From assembly GCA_020627535.1 (NCBI GenBank), contig JAHDGU010000001.1:164670-228669 (forward strand): a DNA stretch of 64,000 bases, in the 5' to 3' direction. The notes beneath the pieces were generated by a model. It was not told where the DNA came from and searched no databases. It worked only from the letters and a program-made list of their open reading frames with translations. Below, piece by piece: positions 16,197 through 24,693 of this stretch (its first letter is position 1; each line of letters begins with the position of its first letter). Made by a program: the position numbers and the translations under genes. The DNA comes from Saprospiraceae bacterium (GTDB taxonomy: Bacteria > Bacteroidota > Bacteroidia > Chitinophagales > Saprospiraceae).

Positions 16197-18485
16197 ATGA
16201 TGTATTCTAGATTCAATCTCATTCTTGCCTTATCACTCTTGACCATTGGCCTTTCTGCACAGGCTATCGACGACGCTGAGATCCGTGGTGACGGTATCGT
16301 CGTGCCTGCTGTGGATCGGCTGGCGGTCGTTGCCCCATCCACTGGTCAGCTCGTCTTCGATGTCAATACGCTCAGCTACTGGATGCACGATGGTAATGTG
16401 TGGCGGGCTGTAGGAGACAATATTGTCGGTAACATGATTCAAGACGCGGATGGAAGCACCAGTGTGCAGACAGAACCTGGCGGACTAGAGCAAGTCCTGA
16501 TCGAGGTCGATGGTCGAGATCGGTGGAGGTTTTTGGGACATGCGCTAGAGCCTCTCATTCCCAGTAGTTCCATATTCATGGGACAGTCAGCAGGTGCCGC
16601 TAGTTCTGATACAGCTTACAACAATGTCGGCATCGGAAATTTCTCGCTGATCTCGGTCAGCTCAGGAAGATGGAATGTAGGCATCGGCCATAATGCCCTG
16701 AGCGACAATACATCAGGAGAAAAAAATGTTGCCATCGGTTCTTCCGCAATGCTTGGCAACAAGGCGAGCTCCGACAATGTCGCCATAGGTAATAGTGCAT
16801 TACTCTCGGTCGACTCCTCACAGTTCAATGTCGCTATCGGCTCTTATGGACTCCATAGCCTAGACAAAGGTCTTCGCAATGTAGCCATCGGAACCTCTAG
16901 CCTCTATGAATCCGAGACAGGAAAGCTCAACACCTCCATCGGCTATGCTGCAGGACACAATACCCTCGGAGATGGCAATGTATTTCTCGGCCACGAGGCT
17001 GGTTTCAATGAACTAGGAAGTAACAAACTCTACATCGCCAACTCCAATGCCGATAGCGCCGATGCGCTGATCTACGGTGACTTTTCCAGTTCTGAACTCT
17101 ACATCAATGGAGATCTGCAGTCTGATCAGTTCACCACAGATCAGATCACGACCACTACCATAGACGTCGACGACAAACTCACCGTCAAGAGCGACTCTCG
17201 CCTGTTTGGTCATCTCTTTCTACACGCCCTCCAGGGCCTAGGGCAAAGTGGCACAGCCTATATCCAAGCCAGAGATCACACTGCTGCTACGAGTGTTGGT
17301 CTACAGTTTCGCGTGACGGACAATGGTGTGGTTGATGACGCCCTCGCGATCAATAAAGATGGTCAAGTCCTGTTTCAGAACAAGGAGATCTACTTCGGTA
17401 CGAGTCTCTTGATTCACACCACAGGTAGCAACAACTTCTTTGCAGGATTTGCTGCTGCCCCTTCAGCCTCGGGTTCCTCCAATACAGCGGTCGGTTCGCA
17501 AGCAGCTCAGAGCCTTTCTACGGGCTCTCAGAATTCAGCAATCGGCCGGCTTGCAGGTCAGGACCTCTCCAGCGGATTTGGAAATACACTATTGGGTTTT
17601 TCTGCGGGTAAAGACTTGACGACCACGACTGGCAACACCATGATCGGTAACAATGCAGGTGCTTCGATCAATAACGGGGGCTCCAATACCATCATCGGTA
17701 GCCAAGCAGGATGGAACACCAGCTTTTCGTCAAGCAACACCTTCATAGGATTTGATGCGGGCAGGTACACCGCTGGAAGCAAAAACACATTCCTTGGGAC
17801 CAATGCTGGTGAGACCACTTCTGGTGGTCCCAGCTACGATAATAGCATAGCTATCGGATACAGTGCTGTGGCCAATTGCCATAACTGTGCAGTGATCGGC
17901 AATGATGGATCAGAGGATGTTAATCTCGGTATCGGTATCTCGGCTCCTCAGTCCGTCATCCATGTCAAGCAGCGCAACTCAGGCACAGATCGCGGTATCC
18001 GTATAGAAGACACCGATGGGACATACTGGAATACCTACATCGACGCATCTAATGATTACAACTTCGCTCACGACGGCACACTTCGTGCTTACATACAGGA
18101 TGGTGCTGGTGCCTTTGTCATCACTTCTGATCGCAGCGTCAAGACAGCCATCAGCTCTGTCGGAGACGTATTGCCACGGGTGATGGGGCTTTCGCCCAAA
18201 TGGTACAGATACAACAACATGTCACCCGATCAACCCAAGGTCATGGGCTTCATCGCACAAGAAGTGGAGGAGCAGTTTCCTGGCATCGTACGCCAAAAAG
18301 GAAAGCTCAAGACCCTCGCATACGATGACTTTGCCATCATCAGCATCAAAGCCATCCAAGAACTCAATGACAAGGTCAACGAAAAGGATTCAAGGATCAC
18401 AGAACTAGAAGAGCAAAATGAGGAATTGGCCAAGCGACTAGAGAGATTGGAAGCGTTGGTACTCAGTGATCCATTGACTGACTAA
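16197..18485 (+). CDS. Tail-fibre-domain protein: signal peptide, two blocks of GxxNxAIG-type repeats, C-terminal S74-type intramolecular chaperone domain and coiled coil
   Basis: MMYSRFNLILALSLLTIGLSAQA. Repeats NVGIGNFSL / NVGIGHNAL / NVAIGSSAM / NVAIGNSAL / NVAIGSYGL / NVAIGTSSL, then LYIANS...LIYGDF. The C-terminus SDRSVKTAISSVGDVLPRVMGLSPKWYRYNN...MGFIAQEVEEQFPGIV...LAYDDFAIISIKAIQEL resembles the phage endosialidase/tail-spike chaperone (Peptidase_S74) domain. Confidence 0.75.
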   Translation: MMYSRFNLILALSLLTIGLSAQAIDDAEIRGDGIVVPAVDRLAVVAPSTGQLVFDVNTLSYWMHDGNVWRAVGDNIVGNMIQDADGSTSVQTEPGGLEQVLIEVDGRDRWRFLGHALEPLIPSSSIFMGQSAGAASSDTAYNNVGIGNFSLISVSSGRWNVGIGHNALSDNTSGEKNVAIGSSAMLGNKASSDNVAIGNSALLSVDSSQFNVAIGSYGLHSLDKGLRNVAIGTSSLYESETGKLNTSIGYAAGHNTLGDGNVFLGHEAGFNELGSNKLYIANSNADSADALIYGDFSSSELYINGDLQSDQFTTDQITTTTIDVDDKLTVKSDSRLFGHLFLHALQGLGQSGTAYIQARDHTAATSVGLQFRVTDNGVVDDALAINKDGQVLFQNKEIYFGTSLLIHTTGSNNFFAGFAAAPSASGSSNTAVGSQAAQSLSTGSQNSAIGRLAGQDLSSGFGNTLLGFSAGKDLTTTTGNTMIGNNAGASINNGGSNTIIGSQAGWNTSFSSSNTFIGFDAGRYTAGSKNTFLGTNAGETTSGGPSYDNSIAIGYSAVANCHNCAVIGNDGSEDVNLGIGISAPQSVIHVKQRNSGTDRGIRIEDTDGTYWNTYIDASNDYNFAHDGTLRAYIQDGAGAFVITSDRSVKTAISSVGDVLPRVMGLSPKWYRYNNMSPDQPKVMGFIAQEVEEQFPGIVRQKGKLKTLAYDDFAIISIKAIQELNDKVNEKDSRITELEEQNEELAKRLERLEALVLSDPLTD

Positions 18486-18677
18486 GTGATACTTCTCGCG
18501 CGCGTTCCTTTTTTCTTGCTGTGCCTGTCTACCTCTGGCAGGCGCGTCCCCGCGCCAGCCACTGCGAGGCAAGTCCCTCATGTCAAGAGGGATTTAGGGA
18601 GTTCTCACTACACAGTTTTCAGCCAGCAAGGAACCCACCCAAACGCCCTCAAGAAAAAGGGCTTACACCAATTTTTC

Positions 18678-18765
18678 TATCAACGCCCAACTCCCAATCA
18701 GTCCTGAATTCACGGTCCACGGTTCTCGGTCCACGGCTCACGTCCTCGCTCTCCAGTCCACAGTC
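18678..18765. repeat. Degenerate heptanucleotide tandem array (about 12 units)
   Basis: ...TATCAAC GCCCAAC TCCCAAT CAGTCCT GAATTCA CGGTCCA CGGTTCT CGGTCCA CGGCTCA CGTCCTC GCTCTCC AGTCCAC AGTC. Lies in the convergent gap between the tail-fibre-like gene and the histidine kinase. Confidence 0.75.
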
Positions 18766-18804
18766 TTGATAGCTATCGGGAACGATTTACGACCGTCAGC
18801 CATG

Positions 18805-21800
18805 TCATTCATCCAAAGGCATTACTAGTCTTATACGATAACCATCTTCTCGGTCAATCTTCAGAGTGCCTCGGATCTGCTCAGCGCGCAAGCGCATATT
18901 GCTGATGCCGAGACCATCTGTGCTGAGAAGTTCGTGCTTGGAGCCATTGTCATGGACAGTATAGGATAGTCGAGGGCCTTCTGCTACTAGACGGATGGCT
19001 ACTGCATTTCCGTCTGAGTGCTTCTGGATGTTGGTGATGGCTTCTTTGTGGATGAGATAGAGCTGCTGCCGCAGGGTGGGGCTCATGCTTTTTGAGCTAT
19101 CGATACCTGTGACCTGAAAGTCTACGGCCCAGCGCTGTTCTGGCAGTCGCTTTTGGGCGAAAGCTCGCATCCGATCGATGAGATTCTCGTACTTGTCTTT
19201 GCGAGAATCTATGAGCCAAACGGTATCGCGCATCCTCTCCATCGCATCACGACTCATCTCATTCATCTCGGCGAGTGATTCCTTGTCTTCTTCTTTGGCC
19301 GTCATGCTCATGATCTCGGACTGCATGGCCAGACCTGATAAGATGCTACCTACATCATCATGCAGATCACTGCTGACTTTGACGCGCCACTGATTGAGCG
19401 CTTTTTCCTTATTCACTTTTGCGCGAAAGCGCGCATAAAATACACCAAATACGATCCCACAAGCAAGTAGCAAGCCCAGCGCCTGTACCCAGCGACGATG
19501 ATACCAGACTGCAGGTCGATAAAAATCAATATGATGCTCAGCGTACTGCTCACCCTGTGGATCTGCACTGGCTCTGAGATGCACAGTGAATGCCCCTGTA
19601 GGTAGTGAGATCAATTCCAGCTCCGATCTCGTATCGTATCGACTCCAGCTGCCTTCTTCGCCATTGAGACTGTAAGCGTACCAGCGATCGTCAGTGATGC
19701 TGGGAGAGCTGTACCTCATGGTCAAGAGTTCGTCAGATGGGAGTAGTTTGATGGGCTCAGTCCGAGACATGAGATCCGAAAATACACTGCGGTACTCATC
19801 GAACTTACTGTTGTAGATACTCACATTGTGCACAAATAGATCGGATATACTTTCCTTCGGCGAGGCAAAAGGCAATATATCTGGATTGATGCGGAAGAGC
19901 CCCTCTACGCTCCCAAGATACGTATGTCCATCGCTTGCGCTAAAATGTGCATTGCGATTATATTCTACTTGACTGAGAGGATGACCATCGGGAAGTCGCT
20001 CGATGAGACCAGTGTCCATGCGATAGATCAATAGTCCTTGCCCCGTACCAAGTAGCAGCCTAGAGTCTGCCAAAGGATGGATGAAATAAATGGCGTCGTG
20101 TACATCTTCACCGTCCTGCTTACGGGCAAATCCCGGCAGGAGCTCACCTTGATTTTCTCCTTCTCGGATGACAGCTAGGCCAAAGTGTGTACCGTAATAC
20201 AGATCACCTTTAGCTTGATGCAGGGAGGTGACAATCGTATTTTTTCTGGTCAGCCCTAAGTCCTCTCTGATCATTTGCTTGGTCATATGTCCACGACGAT
20301 CTAGCCAGTGGATCCCTCGCAGGTCTGTAGCTAGTATGAAGGCGCTCTCGCTTTGATCCTGATTGCGAATGAGTGCATTCCCTATGATCGGTTTGTCAAA
20401 GAGGGCTTCTTGGATAATGGTATCCCTCATACTCTCGAGCTGTGTCTTGAATATCCTGGCATTGCGATCATAGGTCCAGAGAGTGTCCTTTTCGTGGAGA
20501 TGAAGGCTCATAGACTTCTTGAGAGACCCAGGGAGGCGACTCAGCTGGAGGTCGCTGAGTCGATACCTGTAGTTGTCCCAGATGAGATGTGTCGCAGAAG
20601 TCGACAGGCTAAAGGCTTCATTGTAGGTGTTCTGAGGATTCAGACGCAGTGACCTAAAGCTCTCTGTGCCAGCTTCGCATACGCTGACATCGGTATAGTA
20701 GCTCACATATACATTTCCCTCGGAGTCCTCACATATCTGTCGCACGCTCGGATATGGCTCTGTCTGCGATACTGGAACTCGCCAGTCATCTAGAGAAGCT
20801 GCCACTGGCTCTGCCAGATATAAGGTACTATTGAAGACTAGAATGTAGGAATCAGCACCATAGCTGATGACCTGCTGCAAGGTCTCATTCCTTTTTTTGA
20901 GATCAAAGCGATCATTGAGTTCCGCGAGCTCAGATGTATAGTCCTCTGTGGTTTTTGTAGTGCTATTGTACAGCCAGACGCGCTGTTTGAAGTCACTGAG
21001 CCAGACCTCTTGTGGAAAAGTGAATGTGTTGTAGCTGCTTCCTTCAAATTCAGCGTTTTTGATCTCGATAGGTTTGACGATTTGGCGGATCGGATCTACA
21101 CTGAGGCTCTTTTCTTCGCTCGCGCGCATGATGTGCAAGCCGGGTTGATTGGTCAATTCAAAGCTGCCATAAGCTGGCAACGTCATCAGCTCGTTGCCCA
21201 TGCGATCTAGAGCGATCAAGGAGAGATCCTTGAAGATCCAAATAGTGTCCTGGAGGACTCTCGGTGGAGAGGAACTTCCAACTGGTAACTTCGTCTTGAA
21301 GAGTAGCGAGGTATCCTCAGTCATCTCATATACATGGCCAAGGTCGGACTTCCTATGACGGGCAATGAAATAGGATTTTCTTGTGGCAATATCCTGGCAC
21401 AAATAAAGCAGAGCGAATTTGTCCTCCAATCTTATTTCCTTCATCACCTGCCGTCGATCTGTGTCCCAAAGACAGAGCTTGTAGTGGAAGTTGATGTTGT
21501 CAAAGAAGATCAGCCATATCCTTGAGCTATCAAGGCCTGCCATCGACAAGAATCCATAGCCGTCTTGATTGATTTGCAAGGTGTCGCCTGCTGCCGTGAA
21601 GTTGTATCTCGTCGCTCGCTGACCGTCAAAGCAGATAAGATTTTCTTGTGCAGCATACCACAGGAAACCATGACGGTCCCAGTGTGGAGGATTGGACGAG
21701 ACGATCCAGAGACCTTCATCCTCAGGACTACTGAGTAGGCTGATATTATAACTGAGCTCTTCATCATTCTGCGCGTGTGCAATCTCTGGGATCAGAGACA

Positions 21801-21837
21801 AGACAAGTAGGATCAAGATGTAAGGACTGAGTCTCAT
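18805..21837 (-). CDS. Sensor histidine kinase with a large periplasmic beta-propeller/Y_Y_Y-type sensor, HisKA_3 + HATPase_c
   Basis: The likely start is MRLSPYILILLVLSLIPEIAHAQ at 21837 (the track starts at 21876). About 750 aa periplasmic region. TM ALGLLLACGIVFGVFYARF. H-box VSSDLHDDVGSILSGL. HKEAITNIQKHSDG, DNGSK, GLGISNM. The kinase core is clearly paralogous to 4422-6755. Confidence 0.85.
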   Translation of the reverse strand: MRLSPYILILLVLSLIPEIAHAQNDEELSYNISLLSSPEDEGLWIVSSNPPHWDRHGFLWYAAQENLICFDGQRATRYNFTAAGDTLQINQDGYGFLSMAGLDSSRIWLIFFDNINFHYKLCLWDTDRRQVMKEIRLEDKFALLYLCQDIATRKSYFIARHRKSDLGHVYEMTEDTSLLFKTKLPVGSSSPPRVLQDTIWIFKDLSLIALDRMGNELMTLPAYGSFELTNQPGLHIMRASEEKSLSVDPIRQIVKPIEIKNAEFEGSSYNTFTFPQEVWLSDFKQRVWLYNSTTKTTEDYTSELAELNDRFDLKKRNETLQQVISYGADSYILVFNSTLYLAEPVAASLDDWRVPVSQTEPYPSVRQICEDSEGNVYVSYYTDVSVCEAGTESFRSLRLNPQNTYNEAFSLSTSATHLIWDNYRYRLSDLQLSRLPGSLKKSMSLHLHEKDTLWTYDRNARIFKTQLESMRDTIIQEALFDKPIIGNALIRNQDQSESAFILATDLRGIHWLDRRGHMTKQMIREDLGLTRKNTIVTSLHQAKGDLYYGTHFGLAVIREGENQGELLPGFARKQDGEDVHDAIYFIHPLADSRLLLGTGQGLLIYRMDTGLIERLPDGHPLSQVEYNRNAHFSASDGHTYLGSVEGLFRINPDILPFASPKESISDLFVHNVSIYNSKFDEYRSVFSDLMSRTEPIKLLPSDELLTMRYSSPSITDDRWYAYSLNGEEGSWSRYDTRSELELISLPTGAFTVHLRASADPQGEQYAEHHIDFYRPAVWYHRRWVQALGLLLACGIVFGVFYARFRAKVNKEKALNQWRVKVSSDLHDDVGSILSGLAMQSEIMSMTAKEEDKESLAEMNEMSRDAMERMRDTVWLIDSRKDKYENLIDRMRAFAQKRLPEQRWAVDFQVTGIDSSKSMSPTLRQQLYLIHKEAITNIQKHSDGNAVAIRLVAEGPRLSYTVHDNGSKHELLSTDGLGISNMRLRAEQIRGTLKIDREDGYRIRLVMPLDE

Positions 21838-21915
21838 GCTGTAAGAAGCGGTGTGAAGATATAGTGCAGTTCCCAATCACCCCATCTCGGTATGGTGTCC
21901 GCGCTAGAGAAGCTC

Positions 21916-21923
21916 TACATTTG
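21916..21923 (+). promoter_or_regulatory. Candidate Bacteroidota -7 promoter box TACATTTG (consensus TAnnTTTG)
   Basis: Exact match to TAnnTTTG, 17 nt upstream of the ATG at 21941. Confidence 0.4.
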
Positions 21924-21940
21924 AAACTGAATATCTCCAG

Positions 21941-22570
21941 ATGAAGCTACACATCATAGAAGACAATCTCAAGATCAGAGCTCACCTCGAGACCTTTCTT
22001 GGCCATCAAGAGGATATCGCCTGTGTGCAAAGCCACACAAGTGTAGAGTTTTTCTTGAGTGCTGTGGATTCTGGTCAAGCCAAGCCAGATGTGATTCTAT
22101 TGGATATCGGGCTTCCTGGGATGTCTGGTGTAGAAGGTATCCCGGAGATCACTCAGCGACTTCCCGAGACAGATATCATCATGCTCACCACCTATGAGGA
22201 GGAAGAAGTCATACTCAATGCGCTCTGTGCCGGTGCTCATGCCTATCTCAGCAAGAAGAGTAGTCTGCAAGAGATCCATACTGCGATCAAGGTGGTACGG
22301 GCTGGAGGAAGCTATATGTCGCCCAATATTGCTCGCCAGATCGTGAGACATTTTGGCGGAAGCCGTACACCTAAAAAAGCCGAAATCCTCACCGAACGCC
22401 AGCTCAAAGTCCTCAAACTACTTGTGGATGGATTGACCTACGGAGCGATTGCCAAAGAGCTTTTTATTTCTGCAGAGACGGTCAAGACGCATGTCAAGAA
22501 CATCTACAAGAGTCTCCACGTGAGCAACAAGGCCGAAGCCATCCAGAAGTATATGCGAGGAGAGATCTAG
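21941..22570 (+). CDS. NarL/FixJ-family response regulator (receiver + LuxR HTH), paralog of 3784-4425
   Basis: IIEDN...VILLDIGLPGMSG...IIMLTTYEEEE and the HTH LTERQLKVLKLLVDGLTYGAIAKELFISAETVKTHVKNIYKSL. Roughly half of the positions are identical to the first regulator by eye. Confidence 0.9.
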   Translation: MKLHIIEDNLKIRAHLETFLGHQEDIACVQSHTSVEFFLSAVDSGQAKPDVILLDIGLPGMSGVEGIPEITQRLPETDIIMLTTYEEEEVILNALCAGAHAYLSKKSSLQEIHTAIKVVRAGGSYMSPNIARQIVRHFGGSRTPKKAEILTERQLKVLKLLVDGLTYGAIAKELFISAETVKTHVKNIYKSLHVSNKAEAIQKYMRGEI

Positions 22571-23346
22571 AGGTAAATCGTACCCTCTAGATACTTCTGA
22601 CATCGTCCACTGATCAAGACACGATCTCCGAGGAACGTGCTTGTGAATTCCGCGCCTCTCGTAGAGAGCTGTCTGGAACTGAGTCGATCCTTGCCCAGTC
22701 GATCACTCCAATAAGGCACCAATGGTGTCTGCGCGGATCCAGTTGCTGGGTCCTCATCGATACCAGCCTGCGGGAAGAATCCACGATAGACAAAGTCGCT
22801 CTCCCTACCAGGCGCAGTGGCCAAAAATCCACGTCCATCCGCAGAGCGAAGTGCTGAGAAATCGGGAGACAGATCGGCTACAGTCTCTTCTGTCTCATAG
22901 ATGAGCAAATAGTCATCTCTGCCCGTCCATATCTCGATTGGCGGAGTGCCAAGTGCCTCGATGAAGTGCTCATCAAGTGATGATCTAGATGGCGGATCAG
23001 CCGGAAAATTTAGCTGAATATCGTCACTCTTGATGTCCACACTGAGCTTACCACTCAAGCTGTCCATCTCTATGTGTCGCTCGCCAGTCTTCTCTTGGAT
23101 CATATAGGCACTCGCTAGGGTAGCGTGGCCACAAAGCCTTACCTCCACCGCAGGTGTAAACCATCTGATGTGCCAGTGATCTTCTTTGCGTACCAAGTAG
23201 GCGGTCTCAGATAGATTGTGCTGCTCTGCAATCTGCTGTAGTCGTTGATCGTCTAGCCAGCTCTCTAGTAAGATGACGGCAGCCGGATTACCACTGAATG
23301 CATGATCAGTGACGAAGGCATTGACGATGTCAACATGTAGCATCAT
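22567..23346 (-). CDS. PhzF-family isomerase
   Basis: AFSGNPAAVILLE, LSETAYLV, RWFTPAVEVRLCGHATLASA, DPATGSAQ. The start ATG overlaps the tyrS stop (TAATG). Confidence 0.85.
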   Translation of the reverse strand: MMLHVDIVNAFVTDHAFSGNPAAVILLESWLDDQRLQQIAEQHNLSETAYLVRKEDHWHIRWFTPAVEVRLCGHATLASAYMIQEKTGERHIEMDSLSGKLSVDIKSDDIQLNFPADPPSRSSLDEHFIEALGTPPIEIWTGRDDYLLIYETEETVADLSPDFSALRSADGRGFLATAPGRESDFVYRGFFPQAGIDEDPATGSAQTPLVPYWSDRLGKDRLSSRQLSTRGAEFTSTFLGDRVLISGRCQKYLEGTIYL

Positions 23347-24620
23347 TAGTCTTTGATGACCAAGAGATACTTATTTTTCTTGCCATTTTCTATCATGATA
23401 TACTTGTTGTGTATCAGATCAGTGGACTCGATCAGGCGATCCGGATCTAGCGTCTTGACCTTGTTGATAGAGATGGCATTGCCCTTGAGAGCACGCCGAG
23501 CCTCGCTACCGCTACTGGTGATATCCGTGGCTTCCGCCAAAATGTCTACGATGTTTTTTCCGATCATCTGATCTGATGACATCTCGTAGTGTTGGATCTC
23601 GAGCTTGATGATTTTGAATGAGTCTACACTCAATTCTCTGAGTTGCTCTTCGCTGCTTTTTCTACTAAACAATAGAGACGTCGCATCCATGGCCGATTTT
23701 GTCTCATCAGCGCTATGTACCTGAGTAGTGATCTCCTCGGCAAATTGCTTCTTGATTCCAGCAGGATCATTCTCTAGCTCAGCGATCATCTCCTCCATCT
23801 CAGATCTGCTTCGATCGGAGAAGTATTTGATAAATTTTGGGATGTCCGCATCCGCTGCGTTGATCCAGTATTGGTAAAACTTGTACGGACTTGTCAAGCT
23901 TGGATCAAGCCAGATATTTCCTTCTGTAGATTTGCCAAATTTGCTACCATCTGCCTTGGTCAGCAATGGGGTAGTCACAGCGTAGGCCTTGCCTTCATTC
24001 ATCTTTCGCACGAGCTCGGTACCACTCGTGATATTGCCCCACTGATCCGATCCACCCATTTGGAAGCAGCAGTCATATCCTTTGTGAAGACAGACGTAGT
24101 CATAGGCCTGTAACAGCTGGTAGGAGAATTCTGTGTAGGATATTCCGGTCTCGAGACGAGTCTTCACCGAGTCCTTGGCCATCATGTAGTTGACCGTGAT
24201 ATTCTTGCCTACGTCGCGGAGAAATTCCAGCGCACCAAGGCCTTTGTAGAAGTCATAGTTGTTGATCAGCAACGCTGCATTCTTACCGCTATCAAAGTTG
24301 AGATACTTGGATGCTTGTGCTGCTTGATGCTTGAGATTGTGGTCTAGATCCTCATAACTCAATAGAGATCTTTCTTTGTCTTTGCCACTAGGATCTCCGA
24401 TGCGACCGGTGGCTCCACCCATCAGCACGATCGGTCGATGTCCATGCTGCTGAAAGAGCTTTAGGATCCTGAGCTGCACATAGTTACCTATGGTCAAAGA
24501 AGGCGCTGTAGGATCGAAACCTATGTAACCCGTCTGCATCCCTGATGCCAACTTCTCCTCCGCTCCAGGAGACTTGTCGAAGAGCATTCCTCTCCACTCT
24601 AGTTCTTCTATAAACCCCAT
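23346..24620 (-). CDS. tyrS: Tyrosine--tRNA ligase
   Basis: Class I signature region GFDPTAPSLTIGNY, KMSKS-type GSKFGKS, and a C-terminal S4-like domain (SGSEARRALKGNAISINKVK). The likely start is MGFIEELEWRG at 24620; the track start at 24644 adds 8 codons. Confidence 0.92.
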   Translation of the reverse strand: MGFIEELEWRGMLFDKSPGAEEKLASGMQTGYIGFDPTAPSLTIGNYVQLRILKLFQQHGHRPIVLMGGATGRIGDPSGKDKERSLLSYEDLDHNLKHQAAQASKYLNFDSGKNAALLINNYDFYKGLGALEFLRDVGKNITVNYMMAKDSVKTRLETGISYTEFSYQLLQAYDYVCLHKGYDCCFQMGGSDQWGNITSGTELVRKMNEGKAYAVTTPLLTKADGSKFGKSTEGNIWLDPSLTSPYKFYQYWINAADADIPKFIKYFSDRSRSEMEEMIAELENDPAGIKKQFAEEITTQVHSADETKSAMDATSLLFSRKSSEEQLRELSVDSFKIIKLEIQHYEMSSDQMIGKNIVDILAEATDITSSGSEARRALKGNAISINKVKTLDPDRLIESTDLIHNKYIMIENGKKNKYLLVIKD

Positions 24621-24630
24621 GTGATTGACT

Positions 24631-24649
24631 GCGCTTTCGCGCAAAAGTA
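24631..24649 (-). promoter_or_regulatory. tyrS upstream element: -7 box TACTTTTG fused to a GCGC-GAAA-GCGC mini-hairpin
   Basis: The minus strand reads CTACTTTTGCGCGAAAGCGCagtcaatcacATG. TACTTTTG matches TAnnTTTG. The same 18-mer precedes the ppk2 start (39860-39878). Confidence 0.45.
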
Positions 24650-24693
24650 GAGCTTCTTCTAGATCAGATCGAGAATTGGGGTGCTCAAGTGAT

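Noticed and set aside
16197-18485. A prophage or tailocin inferred from the tail-fibre-like gene
   Set aside because: No other phage-like genes (terminase, capsid, portal, sheath, baseplate, integrase) occur anywhere in the window. A single fibre-like gene does not support a prophage call.
3595-18765. The possibility that the short tandem arrays are CRISPR arrays
   Set aside because: The period is 7 nt with no spacers and the units are degenerate. No cas genes are present. This is not CRISPR.
18486-18769. Track ORFs 18486-18707 and 18521-18769 (+), 73 and 82 aa
   Set aside because: They overlap each other in different frames and lie in the repeat-laden convergent gap. They give Pro/Arg/Ser-rich nonsense and partly read through the heptamer array. 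I treat them as non-coding.
24621-24693. A T-box or other leader riboswitch upstream of tyrS, and a SAM or other riboswitch upstream of the PLP enzyme gene (12165-12300)
   Set aside because: The tyrS leader is only about 20-70 nt, too short for a T-box, and T-boxes are not expected in this phylum. No conserved riboswitch core sequences were recognisable in either region.
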